DNA of 63,748 nucleotides, counting the filler, from Octopus bimaculoides (lineage: Eukaryota): assembly GCF_001194135.2 (NCBI RefSeq). It is 4 parts of 4 records of this genome, joined end to end, with 100 filler letters (N's around TTAATTAATTAA, not from the genome) between each part and the next. Parts side by side here need not be neighbours in the genome. Positions count along the whole stretch, not along the records: positions 31,999 to 47,197 come from NC_068981.1; positions 47,298 to 63,748 come from NC_068985.1; 2 more parts are not named here. One strand, written 5' to 3'. The notes below the pieces were generated by a model. It was given only the letters and a program-made list of their open reading frames with translations. It was not told the origin of the DNA and made no database searches. Of this stretch, positions 39,371 through 52,724 are shown in pieces. The number at the start of each line of letters is the position of its first letter. The first letter of the stretch is position 1. A program made the translations under genes and the position numbers.

Positions 39371-40135
39371 CAGAAACAATGCGTGGCATCGTGTTCAGGT
39401 GCCTTTTTCTATAGACACTGGACGTCCAAAACATTATCAGTGCTATGCATATGAGAAGGATGCATATAAGAATGTTTAATTCTCACTGCTCACTCTCTTT
39501 GCATTAATGCCATGTATAGATTAGCACACATTTCACGGCATATAATATCCATATAAGTCTATGTATCATATTGTACAGTACATGCTTTCAGGATTCGAAA
39601 ATATATTTGTGAATTAACTCAGAGTTCATCACTTGGCTGATAATAGTGTAATTTACACATTTCACCATAAACGATAATACTGCCTCCTCAGTAAACTGCA
39701 GTGAAATTGTCTTTGCAATTTAAACTGTCACAAACATATTTGAACTAACCACAAGTTCATTATTTCACATCACTGCTTTACGCTAGTTCTACACTGTATA
39801 AAAACAGAAGCACGTGGTTTGTGAACAGTATCCGGAGATTGATTGAAGGCAAAAAGTGTGCTATAAAAACTTGCCCAACAACTCGACATAATGGCAAGAA
39901 ACTATGTGTAGATCCTATTTTCATACAGTGTACGTTAAATATTTATCAGTCACTCAATGGAGTACTTATATATGTATATATGAATGTATGTATGAGTTTG
40001 TACGTATACATTTGTGTATGTATGTGGCTATGTATATGTGTGTGTGTATGTACGTATGTATATATATGCATATATATATGATATATACATGTGTGTGCGT
40101 GTATACATATATAAATATATGTGTATATGTGTTTA

Positions 40136-40178
<43 letters not shown>

Positions 40179-41114
40179 GTATCTATATACACATACATAA
40201 TACACGCACATACACAGACACACAGTCACACACACATACACATACATATAATTGAAGCTACGTACGTATATCATTCGAACGTTATCGAATTGCAGGCATA
40301 TGGCCATTTGTTGTCTGCTATAATTTATTCATTATAAATATTTCTGACAGCTATTGATGACGCTTATATTTATTGATAATAACTTATAAATACTTACTTA
40401 TCACACAGGAGAATTCCTGTCAATTTTTGTAACAAAACAAATCTTAACTCTAAATCGATGAGATTAATGCAGATTTGTAAACTTGAAGCAAACTAACGAA
40501 AATAAATAATACCCATAAGAACACTTGGATCACTTATTGCTTAACAGACTTTATATTGCCTTTCGATTCGGTTGGCTATGTAACTATATATCTTATGGGG
40601 ACAATATTACTTTTCAAAATATATTTTCAATTAATTATTATAGAAAATTATTGTAGTCAGGTATATTGAGATTAAACGTCGCATTGAGTTACGAGATTCA
40701 AAAATTATTGGTAGAAATTTACATTAATCATTTATGAGAACTAAGAGGTAGATATATCAGTCAAATTCCCCTCATATTTCCAAGTACTGTTGTGAATAAT
40801 GAACAATATGTTATTAATCATATACAGACACACACAGAGAAATATATAAATATATGTAGTTAGATAACTAGGAATGTATGCACATATGTGTTTGTTGATG
40901 TGTGTGTATGTGTATGTGTGCGTGCGCGCGCGCGTGTGTGTCTGTGTGTATGTCAGTTTGAATCTGCTTAATGAACTTTGTACAACAAAAGATATGATGA
41001 ATGACCTTGATATTCGACATTCATTAGGGGTACCAACAAAGGTGTCGACATCATTACGCACACAATCTGGCAGCTCCAGATACTCAGAGCTACTAATATG
41101 CTTACAGTATTCTT

Positions 41115-41385
41115 TAATTCTTTTACTTGTTTTAGTCATTTGACTGCGACCATTCTGGAGCACCACCTTGAAAGGTTTTTTAGCCGAAGATATCGACCCC
41201 AGGACTTATTCTTTATAAACCGTGTAATTATACTATCGGTTTTGTTATGCCGAACCGCTAGGTTAAGGGGACATCGGTTGTCAAGCGATAGTGGGGGTGG
41301 TGTGACAAACATAAACACAAAGACAAATATACATATATACATACACGACGGACGAGGGGCTTCTTTCAGCTTCCGTCTGCCAAAT
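41115..41385 (-). mobile_element. Family B SINE, 5'-truncated
   Basis: 3' module plus the end of the 5' module (GGGCTTCTTTCAGCTTCCGTCT). Confidence 0.85.
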
Positions 41386-41553
41386 ATAAGCAGTACTTTG
41401 ATAGCAAGTTGCTTCTCAACAGTGAAGAATGACTACACAGTATCAAGGTACGATACATCCATAAACGAACATAGTAGACATGCTAACACATCAAATCTAG
41501 CCCTAACCATATGTGTATAGGTGTATGCATATGCATACATATATACATATACA

Positions 41554-41623
<70 letters not shown>

Positions 41624-42480
41624 TGTGTGTTTGTGTGTGTGTATATACATGTATGGGTATATGTGTGCGTGAGTAGGCATGTGTGTATTATTGTCGAGAA
41701 ATCCAGATTTCACACTTCGGTAATTCCTATGTGTGGGTGTAGAGTAAATTAAAATATGATCTAAATAAGACGACAAAGAAAATTAATCGGTTACAATTGC
41801 TCCTTTACAAACTTTGTTTTAATGACTATTATAATTTTTAACACCATTATCTAATTCTATTTTTAATTACATTTTCATTTTAAAATCTGTGTTCATACGG
41901 GTTTCAAAATCGTATCTTGATTATATATTTTAAGTATCGCTTCTATTTTTTCCCTCTCTCTTTAATTAGTCATTTCCTTTTTTTTATTTTTTCGTACCCC
42001 ACCCTTCAGTACGAATGCTATATCAATGTCGGGATCAAAGATCACTAATAAATTTTCTGTTTTTTTCCAAATGCCATCTTCCCACTACACCACATATTGC
42101 GATTTATTGCACGTATCCCGTTTCCTTACTTACTTCGTCAACAACAAACACCAGCAGCAACCCTCACCACCATCATCACACCCCCTCCACCACCACCACC
42201 AAATTAACCACAATCCATCAGACACCCAGCAGCAGCTGCTGCCCCTCCGCTAATGCCATAGGTCATTAGTAAGCAGCTGTCAGTTTGTTCTTTGTACATT
42301 TCTCAACCCACCTCTATCATCATTACCTCAATATGGATCTGTAAGATGGATCCCAACCATATCATCCTGCCTTTATTATGAACGTTGTATTTGTCGGCTT
42401 CGCTATTCGTGCTTTCGGTGTCGATAAAATATGCACCAGTTAAGCACTTGGGTCGGCGAAATTCACTCTCCAGTACCTTG

Positions 42481-43000
42481 CCTGTGTCTAGAGAGTTTAC
42501 CTCGCAAAGTCGATATAAACTCTACAGGCATGGAAGCGTTGTCAGGCGGGTCTGTCCAAGATTCGAGCAGAGCGAAGAAACCGTTCTGCATGCACACATG
42601 CAGTGTCCAAATATTTCTGAACTGTAGAGTTATGTCGAACAGATGATATCACGAGTGGGATGAATCCGACGATCAGCCAAAAGAGGATTGCCTTATCAGC
42701 CACCTTTAACACCCACCATGAGGATTGCCTTAACACCACTTTTAACAAGGCAGGGCAGGTGGTGTTCCTCCGTCTAGTGGCTATGGCGAAAGAGGTTGTG
42801 TGGCGGACGAGACTGAAAGAATTGTGAAAAATGACTTCTTGGTTAAGCTTACATCGTCCTTTTTTAAGTTCCACTTGAGGAAAAAAATGTGAGTGGAGAG
42901 GGAAGTGTTACCTCCTGGTAAATTTGTGAAAAGAATGGGTGACTGTGGAAAAAATGCTTGAGTGTGAATGGCCCTACTTTATGTATGCTTGCACCAGTAG
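42481..43000 (+). mobile_element. Tx1/L1-clade LINE ORF2 C-terminal zinc-binding region (decayed)
   Basis: KLYRHGSVVRRVCPRFEQSEETVLHAHMQCP (CxxC..ETxxHxxxxC pattern, second Cys lost), then VFLRLVAMAKEVVWRTRLK. Confidence 0.8.
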
Positions 43001-43019
43001 ATCTGACAATATCTGTTGG

Positions 43020-43170
43020 TATGTTTACGTCCTCTTTAATTAGCGGTTCGGTAAATGAAACCGGTAGAATAAGTACCAGGTTGAAAAAAAGAAGTATTGG
43101 TGTTGATTCATTTGACTAAATATTCTTGAAGGCGGTGCCCCAATATGGCCACAGTCTAGTGAGTGAAATG
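43020..43170 (+). mobile_element. Family B SINE 3' module, diverged
   Basis: TGTTTACGTCC...TTAGCGGTTCGG...GAATAAGTACCAGG...AAGGCGGTGCCCCAATATGGCC. Confidence 0.75.
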
Positions 43171-44253
43171 ATTGAGAGGTAAATGATATGTGTGTATGTG
43201 AGTGTGTGTATATGTGAGGGTGTGTATGTATGTATTATTTATATATCGAAAAAAATATCAAAGGTCCTTTCTCAACTATAGGCTTATAAGACTGTTTTAT
43301 TGTACAATGTGGCTTATATTATTTTACCCTGTACAGCACGACGTTCCATTTCAGGATTATTAAACTTTTTTGCGAGTTCGGTTTACTGAAGGAATGTGAT
43401 TCGGAAACCACAGTACTAGAATCATGAGCGCGACACCCTAGTCACTAACCCAAGCGCTTACATACACACAGACACACGGGCACACGCACTTACAAATAGA
43501 CACAAGCACCCGCACACATATGTATGTGTATTTATATATATATATATNNNNNNNNNNNNNNNNNNNNNNNNNNNNNNNNNNNNNNNNNNNNNNNNNNNNN
43601 NNNNNNNNNNNNNNNNNNNNNNNNNNNNNNNNNNNNNNNNNNNNNNNNNNNNNNNNNNNNNNNNNNNNNNNNNNNNNNNNNNNNNNNNNNNNNNNNNNNN
43701 NNNNNNNNNNNNNNNNNNNNNNNNNNNNNNNNNNNNNNNNNNNNNNNNNNNNNNNNNNNNNNNNNNNNNNNNNNNNNNNNNNNNNNNNNNNNNNNNNNNN
43801 NNNNNNNNNNNNNNNNNNNNNNNNNNNNNNNNNNNNNNNNNNNNNNNNNNNNNNNNNNNNNNNNNNNNNNNNNNNNNNNNNNNNNNNNNNNNNNNNNNNN
43901 NNNNNNNNNNNNNNNNNNNNNNNNNNNNNNNNNNNNNNNNNNNNNNNNNNNNNNNNNNNNNNNNNNNNNNNNNNNNNNNNNNNNNNNNNNNNNNNNNNNN
44001 NNNNNNNNNNNNNNNNNNNNNNNNNNNNNNNNNNNNNNNNNNNNNNNNNNNNNNNNNNNNNNNNNNNNNNNNNNNNNNNNNNNNNNNNNNNNNNNNNNNN
44101 NNNNNNNNNNNNNNNNNNNNNNNNNNNNNNNNNNNNNNNNNNNNNNNNNNNNNNNNNNNNNNNNNNNNNNNNNNNNNNNNNNNNNNNNNNNNNNNNNNNN
44201 NNNNNNNNNNNNNNNNNNNNNNNNNNNNNNNNNNNNNNNNNNNNNNNNNNNNN

Positions 44254-44592
44254 ATATACATGGAATACTTCGAGAATTTGTCTTTCGGATCAACACCACT
44301 AAAACCAACCCTATGGCTGCGATACGTTGATGACACCTTTATTCTCTGGCCCCACCAGCAAGATGTCCAAATGCTGTTAGATCATGTGAACTCAATAAAT
44401 CCATCCATACAGTTCACCATGGAAAAGGAACAGAACAATCAGCTGGCATTCCTGGACGTATTAATAACACGCACCGAGTATGGATTTAGAACATCCGTAT
44501 ATCGCAAGCCAACCTTCACTGGACGATACCTTAACTTCAATTCCCACCATCCATACAGTGTAAAGAGAGGAATTGCTCAGTGCCTAAAATAA
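44254..44592 (+). mobile_element. Penelope-like reverse transcriptase fragment (Penelope/Poseidon-type motifs)
   Basis: MEYFE..KPTLWLRYVDDTFILW..IQFTMEKE..LAFLDVLI..VYRKPTFTGRYLNFNSHHP; uninterrupted from the gap edge. Confidence 0.93.
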
Positions 44593-45099
44593 TTCCTCAT
44601 CTCTTAAATATAGAACTGTAAATATGTCCTTTCCTAAATCATTTTTTGCCAGAACTCAGTTGTTTTTAGACACTTTGTACGCGAAAAACTTCTACTTTAA
44701 AATGAGAGTTTCTCTAGCTATTTATTTAATTATTTTTTTCTTTTTTTGCCTGCTTCATGCCCATGAATTTTAGGACTGTCGATTTACGAAACATTGTTTT
44801 CTTGTACAATGTGTTAGCAGTTCATATTTGTGTTTACACAAACCATGTAAAGTTAAACGCTTACCATGGAGCCCTATGAAAGTATTGATCAGAGAGCCCT
44901 TTGCTCAACGTAATTTCTAACCATGAATTTTATATTAGTTTATGGATACGTAAATCAGACCAATCTTGTTTTGGTATTGTTTTTGTTTTCCTATTTCATT
45001 ACGACTGCTTAAAGATATGCCAATATTACTTAGCTTCAAGTGTGTGGTCGAAAGTACTACATAGTTTGGAATCACTGCAGCAACATGTGCCTTTTTATT

Positions 45100-45335
45100 T
45101 TTACATATATATATGTAATAATACAAATAATATGTGAGTATATGCATATATACGTACATGTATGTACATACCTACATCTACATGTATATATAGATGCATA
45201 TCTGGGTACAGGGCGTTACAAATAAACGTGAACAAAATGAGAAACAGAACATAAACTGAGTACGGAAAACACACAGGCCATAAAGAGACATTTCCTTCAT
45301 CAGCTGCCACCATTCTAAAACTAAGCGTTTACGCA
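45100..45335 (-). repeat. Unclassified interspersed repeat (family F), copy 2
   Basis: Homologous to 18410-18735. Confidence 0.75.
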
Positions 45336-46780
45336 CACACCCGCCCGAAGGGTTATACGTACTTAAATGAATGTGTTCACGTATATTTAGAATAAGCGTA
45401 TATTTGTATAGAAGCAAATACTTGCCTTCATTGGCAAGTACCGGTAAGCAAAACTAAATCGTACATTTTCTACACAACAGTTAATTAATCATATGCATCG
45501 CAATGCTATTTTAGGCAGGAGATTACAACGCTGCCAAGCAAAAACAAACTTCTTAGGAAAAGGCGACATTAGGACGGCTGAATAACTCTTACTTCGAAAA
45601 GCTTTTCCTAATTAGTGTCTTTCGCTTATTATCAAAATGAAACGACAACGTTCTTAAAATTTTTTGGTCATAGAAGCAATGAATTATGGTTAATTTTTCG
45701 TGTCGCTCAATAGACAAAACTACTACACAATATGGCGTCAGTGAAAAACAAAATATATTTAGCAGTGCAGAAAAAAAATAGCATTACATGAGATGGGGAA
45801 TCGTATACAATAGTGAATGTTTATATTGCTGTTCTTATGCTTTAAATAGGACAAGGAACATTATATATATTTATTCTATACATTTTGTATTTCTTTTGCA
45901 ATGCTTGTTATTTTCTGAGGAAAGTCACGTGGCAGTGAAGATTCAAATTACAACAAAGATACAAGACATTATGAATATACGATCACATATGCATAAACAT
46001 TCAAGGAAAAACAATGAATTATCACTTACGTATACACATCTATAACTACAAATAACTTCCAAAAGAATGCGCATGTCAAAAAAACAAAACAAAAAAACAA
46101 TGGAATGTGGTGCATTATATTTTCTTTCCAATCAGAGATTTTAAAATCCTAAAAGCTGAAAACTTGTTTTCTTATAATCATAAAGTGTATATGTAAGCAT
46201 GTATGCATGTGTATATACGATTATGGGTATGTTCATAATGCATATGTTTGTACACACACACACACACACATACACACACACATACAAACACACACATATA
46301 AATATATATTTATATGTGCATGTAGATAGATAGATAGACAGAGATAGATAGACAGAGATAGATAGACAGAGATAGATATCCGCACAGGCGTGCGTGTACT
46401 AACGAGAAAGATCGAATATGTTATAAAGAGAAAGAGAATAAAATGATAAGAGAAATGATGATACATAAAAGTTAAAAAAGTATAGCGTTTTTAAGAAATA
46501 CATCTAACAGTGAAATAAATACAAGTCACATTCTGTGCTCGGAAAACAGTACAAGTAAATATGCAATTTCGTAATACACTGCAAATTTGCTTATTCTCAT
46601 GAATGCAAGTAGAGTCAATAATTATACACGCAAACGCACACACACAGGCACATGAACACACGAACGTATGCACACATGCACGCATGCCCACACGCACACA
46701 TGCACACACACACACACACGCGTACGATTGAACGTAGTAATGTATATGGAAACACAAATATATATATAGATATATATTTA

Positions 46781-46812
<32 letters not shown>

Positions 46813-46858
46813 CACTATGTAACTTTAAATATATCATGCATAAATATATGTAGTATGC

Positions 46859-46859
<1 letters not shown>

Positions 46860-46931
<72 letters not shown>

Positions 46932-46955
46932 GTATCTATCTATGTCTATCTATAT
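46860..46955. repeat. (TCTA)n microsatellite
   Basis: Directly visible. Confidence 0.95.
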
Positions 46956-47337
46956 ATTTTTATATATGACGTTGACCACTAACGTGGACATTTAATGTGC
47001 TAGAAATAGATCACATCTTGTGTCTAAAAAGACCGAAATTGTTCTCAACATGAAATATAGCGTGATACCAAAACGTAAGCGGGCAAGACATTTAAAAAAA
47101 CCCGAAAAGGAACATTATTAAACAGGGACCGGTTTCGAATTTTAACAATCTAACCGACTGTCTATTTCTCATCAGCCTGATTTGTAATGGAACCATANNN
47201 NNNNNNNNNNNNNNNNNNNNNNNNNNNNNNNNNNNNNNNNNTTAATTAATTAANNNNNNNNNNNNNNNNNNNNNNNNNNNNNNNNNNNNNNNNNNNNCCC
47301 GGACGGCAGAGCTGTTGTAGAGCTTGGCGACACTCGA

Positions 47338-47370
47338 GATAGATAGATAGATAGATAGACTGATAGATAG

Positions 47371-47439
<69 letters not shown>

Positions 47440-47508
47440 CTGATAGATAGATAGATAGATAGATAGACTGATAGATTGATTGATTGATTGATTGATTGAT
47501 TGACTGAC
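47338..47508. repeat. (GATA)n grading into (GATT)n
   Basis: Directly visible. Confidence 0.95.
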
Positions 47509-47986
47509 ATTAAGGAGCGTCCCCTGTATGAATGTAACGCATGCTTTGTATGCCAAAGATTTTTAAATAATTGCATATAGCAAATCTGGTTTTGATATAA
47601 ATTATTCATTGTTACATCAGGCGAGTGGAAAGGGGGTATATACATGCTATATATACCCTCCTTTATCATATAGCTTCAAATTTTAAAATTACATACCCCG
47701 GGTTAAGTAGCAAGAGTCATCTCTGATGTACGTTTGTGTGAATGAGTGGACTTTGATATAGCCAGTAAAACCACCAATCTCACAACAACAAAGTCATAGC
47801 TTTATTGTGTGCTCTTTCGACGAAAGAGTATTTATAATTCTGACCACCAGTTACTGTGAATGCATCTGATATTGGATCGATAGTTATATTTCATATAAAT
47901 CTCTTCAACTTTATTTAGCTGATAATACTGCCAGACAGAAATCCATTTACGACGATTCTTTTTCCATTTCTCGAAATGAAAAGAAA

Positions 47987-48001
47987 TTGTTGCTGTTGTT
48001 G

Positions 48002-48050
<49 letters not shown>

Positions 48051-48071
48051 TATTGCTGCTACTGCTGTTGC

Positions 48072-48134
<63 letters not shown>

Positions 48135-48150
48135 TGTTATTATTATTAAA
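47987..48150. repeat. (GTT)n-(GCT)n-(ATT)n trinucleotide ladder
   Basis: Directly visible; source of the poly-L ORF. Confidence 0.95.
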
Positions 48151-48154
48151 GTAC

Positions 48155-48369
48155 GGTGGCGAGCCGGCAGAATCGTTAGCACACTGGACGAAATGTTTAG
48201 CGGTATTTTGCCCATCGCTCCGGTCTGAGTTCAAATTCCGCCGAGATCGACTTTGCCTTTCACCCTTTTGGGGCCGATGAAATAAGTATCAGTTGAGGAC
48301 TGGGGTCGATGTAGTCAACTAGCCACCTCCCGGCAAAAATTTCAGGCCTTGTGCCTATAGTAGATAGGA

Positions 48370-48401
<32 letters not shown>

Positions 48402-48830
48402 TGTAATATTAATACACTTGTACACAAATGCTTTGTATATTCTCAGTTCAAATGTCACCAAGGTTGATTTTGCCTTTCATCCTTCCGGGGTCAATAAAAT
48501 AAGTACCAGTCAAATAGTGAGGGTCAATGTAAACGACTTATCGCTCCCCAAAATGCGGCCTTGTGACAGAATTTGAAATCGTTACCTACTTCATCATCAT
48601 CATCATCATTATTTAAGACAGAAACGGTAGGATGAAGAATTGCATGAAATCAATTGATTCGACTGTGCCTCCCCAAAATATGTAACATTATGTCAAAGTC
48701 AGAAATCAATATTCAGTTCCATCTCTGGTAAATAAAATAAGTACCTGTCGTGCTATGGAGCTGATTCAATTGAATATATTCCTACAAATTGGATATCCTT
48801 ACAAATTTGGCCTTCAGCCAACATAATAAA
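48155..48830 (+). mobile_element. Three head-to-tail family A SINEs (first intact, others truncated and older)
   Basis: Full copy 48155-48370, then bodies at about 48435-48585 and 48690-48830 separated by (ATT)n/(CAT)n. Confidence 0.8.
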
Positions 48831-49199
48831 TCAAAACTGTTGTGAGGAGGAGAGTCGACTTTATATTCTTTACAACGTCTAAAGTTTGCTGTGTCACTGT
48901 TCTAAGATTTTTGGTCTCAATACATTTGTCCTAAAAGATTTGCTTTTGTATCTGAGGAATAAATCATTAATATTACTAGAGGTATCAGATTCCATTTTTG
49001 TGATCTTAATAGTTTTTTTTTTTTAAGTTTTTTTTTTTTTAAATAAACACCTTGCAAAGGTTTCATTCATTTCAAAGATGTAAAGTGAGAACAAAAGATG
49101 ACATAGAAGAAAAGATTTTTAACCGATGGCTGATAAACAAGTGAAAAATGGTGGTTTCCGATCAACAAAAAAGATACCAGAAACCAACTTTGACACAAA

Positions 49200-50480
49200 G
49201 TTAGCTGCATGTGATAACAATAACAACAACAATTAAAACAAAATTTTCTGACAGAATAAAAAGTATTAAATTCAAGAACAGCAGCCGTAGTCGTGATGTT
49301 CTTGATTGAAAGACATTTCAAGAACAGGAGCAGCGGTTGAAGAAGCAGCAACAGCAACAGTGCCAGTCACGGCAATAAAACTGAATAGAGGAAATATTTT
49401 GCTCACTGTGTGGAAAAAAGCTTCAAAAACAGAACAGGTCAGACTATTCGTCATTGAAACGGATTACATGAGAAAAAAATTGCCTTCGAATATATTATTC
49501 TGAAAGGGAACAGAAGAAATCCAAACGTATTACATATGTAACAAGACCAAAAGAGCTCGTAAGTAATATAAGGGAAGTCAATACGTATGAACATCCTACT
49601 TGTAGCTTGACTGAATACCAATGTACTAAATAAAAACTGGTACTTTCAATATTTACCCAGTTTCTTCGTCAGAGACATCGGCAACATGATAGCAATACAT
49701 ACATTTCCCGAAGAGATTGATTAATCGCATATTTTCTTTTAATAAAGAAAAATGGGAAGCTTGTTCGCAAAACGTGACGTGGTGTGAAGGATTGTTGAAG
49801 GGAAAATGATAAACCCAAGTACAAAAGTCATGCATCAACATTTTGAGGATTTCAGTATCGTACAGCCTTATACGTTTCTTACAAGACAAGAAATCGATTT
49901 GTTCAATTTGATGAGATATGTTCATATGCATGGAGACAACAGCAGCAATCGAACAACCAGCAATGGTTCTACAATGATAGAAATATATAATGTCCTTCTT
50001 CACTATCTTGAATTGCTGTCACGGTTATCAACAAGCTGTTTTACAAAGGCTTTATTTATTGCAACTGTTTACTGTTTGGACGAAGATACAAACCAATGGG
50101 AATAATAAGAAACATCAGCAACATGTAGATGAATTATGCTTACTTATATCAATACCAACGAATAACACGAACCTTTGTACTCCATCGAGCTACAGAGTAT
50201 GAAGAAGATGAAGACAGATGGAAATTTATCCACTCCACAAAGAAAAAAAATACCTTGGCACTCAACTTTAAAAAAAAACCATTGAAAGTAATGGGTTAGA
50301 GCGTTTATAACTTCAATCACCTAACTTGCTGGAAATGTTACAGCCGCTCAGGATGGATGATTTCATATTACATATCATCCTCGGATTCTAAGACCATATT
50401 CCATATCATGCCTCTCTTGATTAGTTTATGCATATCCGGAGGGTAATTAGAATGTTTCAAGTAGTTGAACTGAAAAATAG
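49200..50480 (+). pseudogene. Probable heavily decayed DNA-transposon transposase
   Basis: Non-microsatellite, coding-like stretch with many stops; VHMHGDNSSNRT..YNVLLHYL resembles the LHADNCxGQNKN..xLxYL motif of DDE transposases; family not established. Confidence 0.3.
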
Positions 50481-50779
50481 ATGGTAAGAGGGTTTTATCA
50501 CCTTGTAAGGAGGGAACGAAAAACACTAAGGTGTGCGTTGAGTGTCACGCTGAGATGTTTTCCATATATACCCTTTTTTTTTCTCTAAATCCCTAACGAA
50601 TACCGCTAGATTTTGTTTCCGGTTTTTATTTTTAAAAAATGTCTTCGAATTTTGTGTGCGTGTGTGTGTGTGTGTGTGCGTGCGTGCGTACATATGCATA
50701 TGTGTGTGCGCGTGCGTGCGTACACTATTCAGTACATTCATACATATTTGATCTATCTCAATCCATAAATAATATAATA

Positions 50780-51029
50780 AATGCGCCCTTTTAAAGCCTA
50801 GCCGGGCTCATGGGCCCGGTTTCCCGGTTTCAATGGCGTATGTGTTCCCCAGCTGGACGGGACGCCAGTCCATCGCAGCGTTACTCATTTTCCCCAGCTA
50901 AGTGGACTGGAGCAACGTGAAATGAAGTGTTTTGCTCAAGAACACAACGCGTCACCCGATCCAGGAATCGAAATCACAATCTTACGATCATGATGCTGAC
51001 ACTCTAACCATTAAACCACGCGCCTCCAC
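50780..51029 (-). mobile_element. Family D SINE (tRNA-like head, CORE-like body, V-domain-type tail), full length
   Basis: Head GTGGAGGCGCGTGGTTTAATGGTTAGAG, body TTGAGCAAAACACTTCATTTCACGTTGCTCCAGTCCAC, tail GCGATGGACTGGCGTCCCGTCCAG; exact 13-bp TSD ATCTCAATCCATA at 50755-50767 and 51030-51042. Confidence 0.95.
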
Positions 51030-52337
51030 ATCTCAATCCATACTATCGACTTATTCGAATCATTATTTCATTGAACAAATAACTTGTAGGTACGTGGTAT
51101 TTCGTAATGCAACCATGATATACTATAAACTATATTAAACGTTTTTATACCATTTCGTTACCCATTGCCCGTTTTTATAATTCAATGAGATCGATGATGA
51201 AAAATGGGTAATGGACGTATTTGCCATATACACCCATTACCCATGAATATTTAAATCAAAGACGATTTTTTTTTAAAAAAATACATTGTTCGTTTACATC
51301 TGACGTCTTGTATACGAAACGTAGTCACAAAAGTCCAGTACTAGCTATAATTTCTATAGAATATCTGTAGAGATAACCTCAACAAGCAATATTTCATTTG
51401 AATCAGTGATATGCAGCAATATACAGTATTGTTAGTCCACGACTACGTTTTAAGACTGCGTACGTGCGTGCACGCGCGCGTGTGTGTATGCATTTATATA
51501 TATGTGTATGTATATGCATGTAAGCACACATACATGTGTGCATATACACCAATATACATAAAGTATATGTAATTCAAAGAAAAATGCGGTATACATATGT
51601 GTATGTAATTCGAAGAAAAATGTGGTAACATTCAAAGAAAATGAATACGACATTTTATGTTAATTATGCTGAACATCCATATTTATTTTTAAAAGATCGT
51701 CTTTGACTTAAATTTGTCCTACTACTTTTTTTCTTTTCTCTGACTCTCGCCTTCCATACATGACTCTATGTTTATGAAAGGCAAATACAGAAATACATCT
51801 TTATACATATGCGTGTGTGCGTGTGTGTTTGTATATAAATGTGCATGTGTACGTTAATGTGTGTGTGTGTTTTTATAAACAGTTTGTGTCATACTGAAAA
51901 TTGGAAGTCTTCTTTTAAGGTGTGGAAACTAAAAGAAGCGGAGCAAATAGAGAAGAATTTAATGGAATTTGGAGAAGTTGAAGATGACTCCATTCACGAA
52001 CAAACAGATCTTAAAGGGATTGTGTCGGAGAAGAGAGAGAGGAAAATATATCACTTGAGTGTTTATTGAATGACCAAAGTGAAACGGTTTGTCAACTTGG
52101 TTGTTGGAAAACAAATTTGGGGCGGCGTCTATACGTTCAATATATCGAATGCTTTTGTGTGTATATAAAAATATTGGACTGATTCTTTCTGACAGCATTC
52201 AGTAAACGTCTAATGCCACTGGCATGAATATATTTTCCTTTAACGACTAGTGGCCAAATTAAATATATAGAAAAAATCAAAATGGTAACTTCCGTTTTTT
52301 AAAGCAGTTTGTTTCTTAACATGTAGTGATTACATCG

Positions 52338-52724
52338 GTGGAGGCGCAATGGCCCAATGGTTAGGGCAGCGGACTCGCGGTCATAGGATCGCGGTTTCGA
52401 TTCCCAGACCGGGCGTTGTGAGTGTTTATTGAACGAAGACTCCTAACGCTCCACGAGGCTCCAGCAGGGGATAGTGGCGAACCCTGCTGTACTCTTCCAC
52501 CACAACTTTCTCTCACTCTTTCTTCCTGTTTCTGTTGTACCTGTATTTCAAAGAGCCAGCCTTGTCACACTGTGTCACGCTGAATATCCCCGAGAACTAC
52601 GTTAAGGGTACACGTGTCTGTGGAGTGCTCAGCCACTTGCACCTTAATTTCACGAGCAGGCTGTTCCGTTGATCGGATCAACTGGAACCCTCGACGTCGT
52701 AGGCGACGGAGTGCCAACAACAAC
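52338..52724 (+). mobile_element. Family C SINE, full length
   Basis: Exact 13-bp TSD AGTGATTACATCG at 52325-52337 and 52725-52737; (AAC)n 3' end. Confidence 0.95.

Noticed and set aside
52338-52410. tRNA-like sequences at SINE heads as tRNA genes
   Set aside because: No paired acceptor stem or Pol III terminator; they continue into SINE bodies flanked by TSDs
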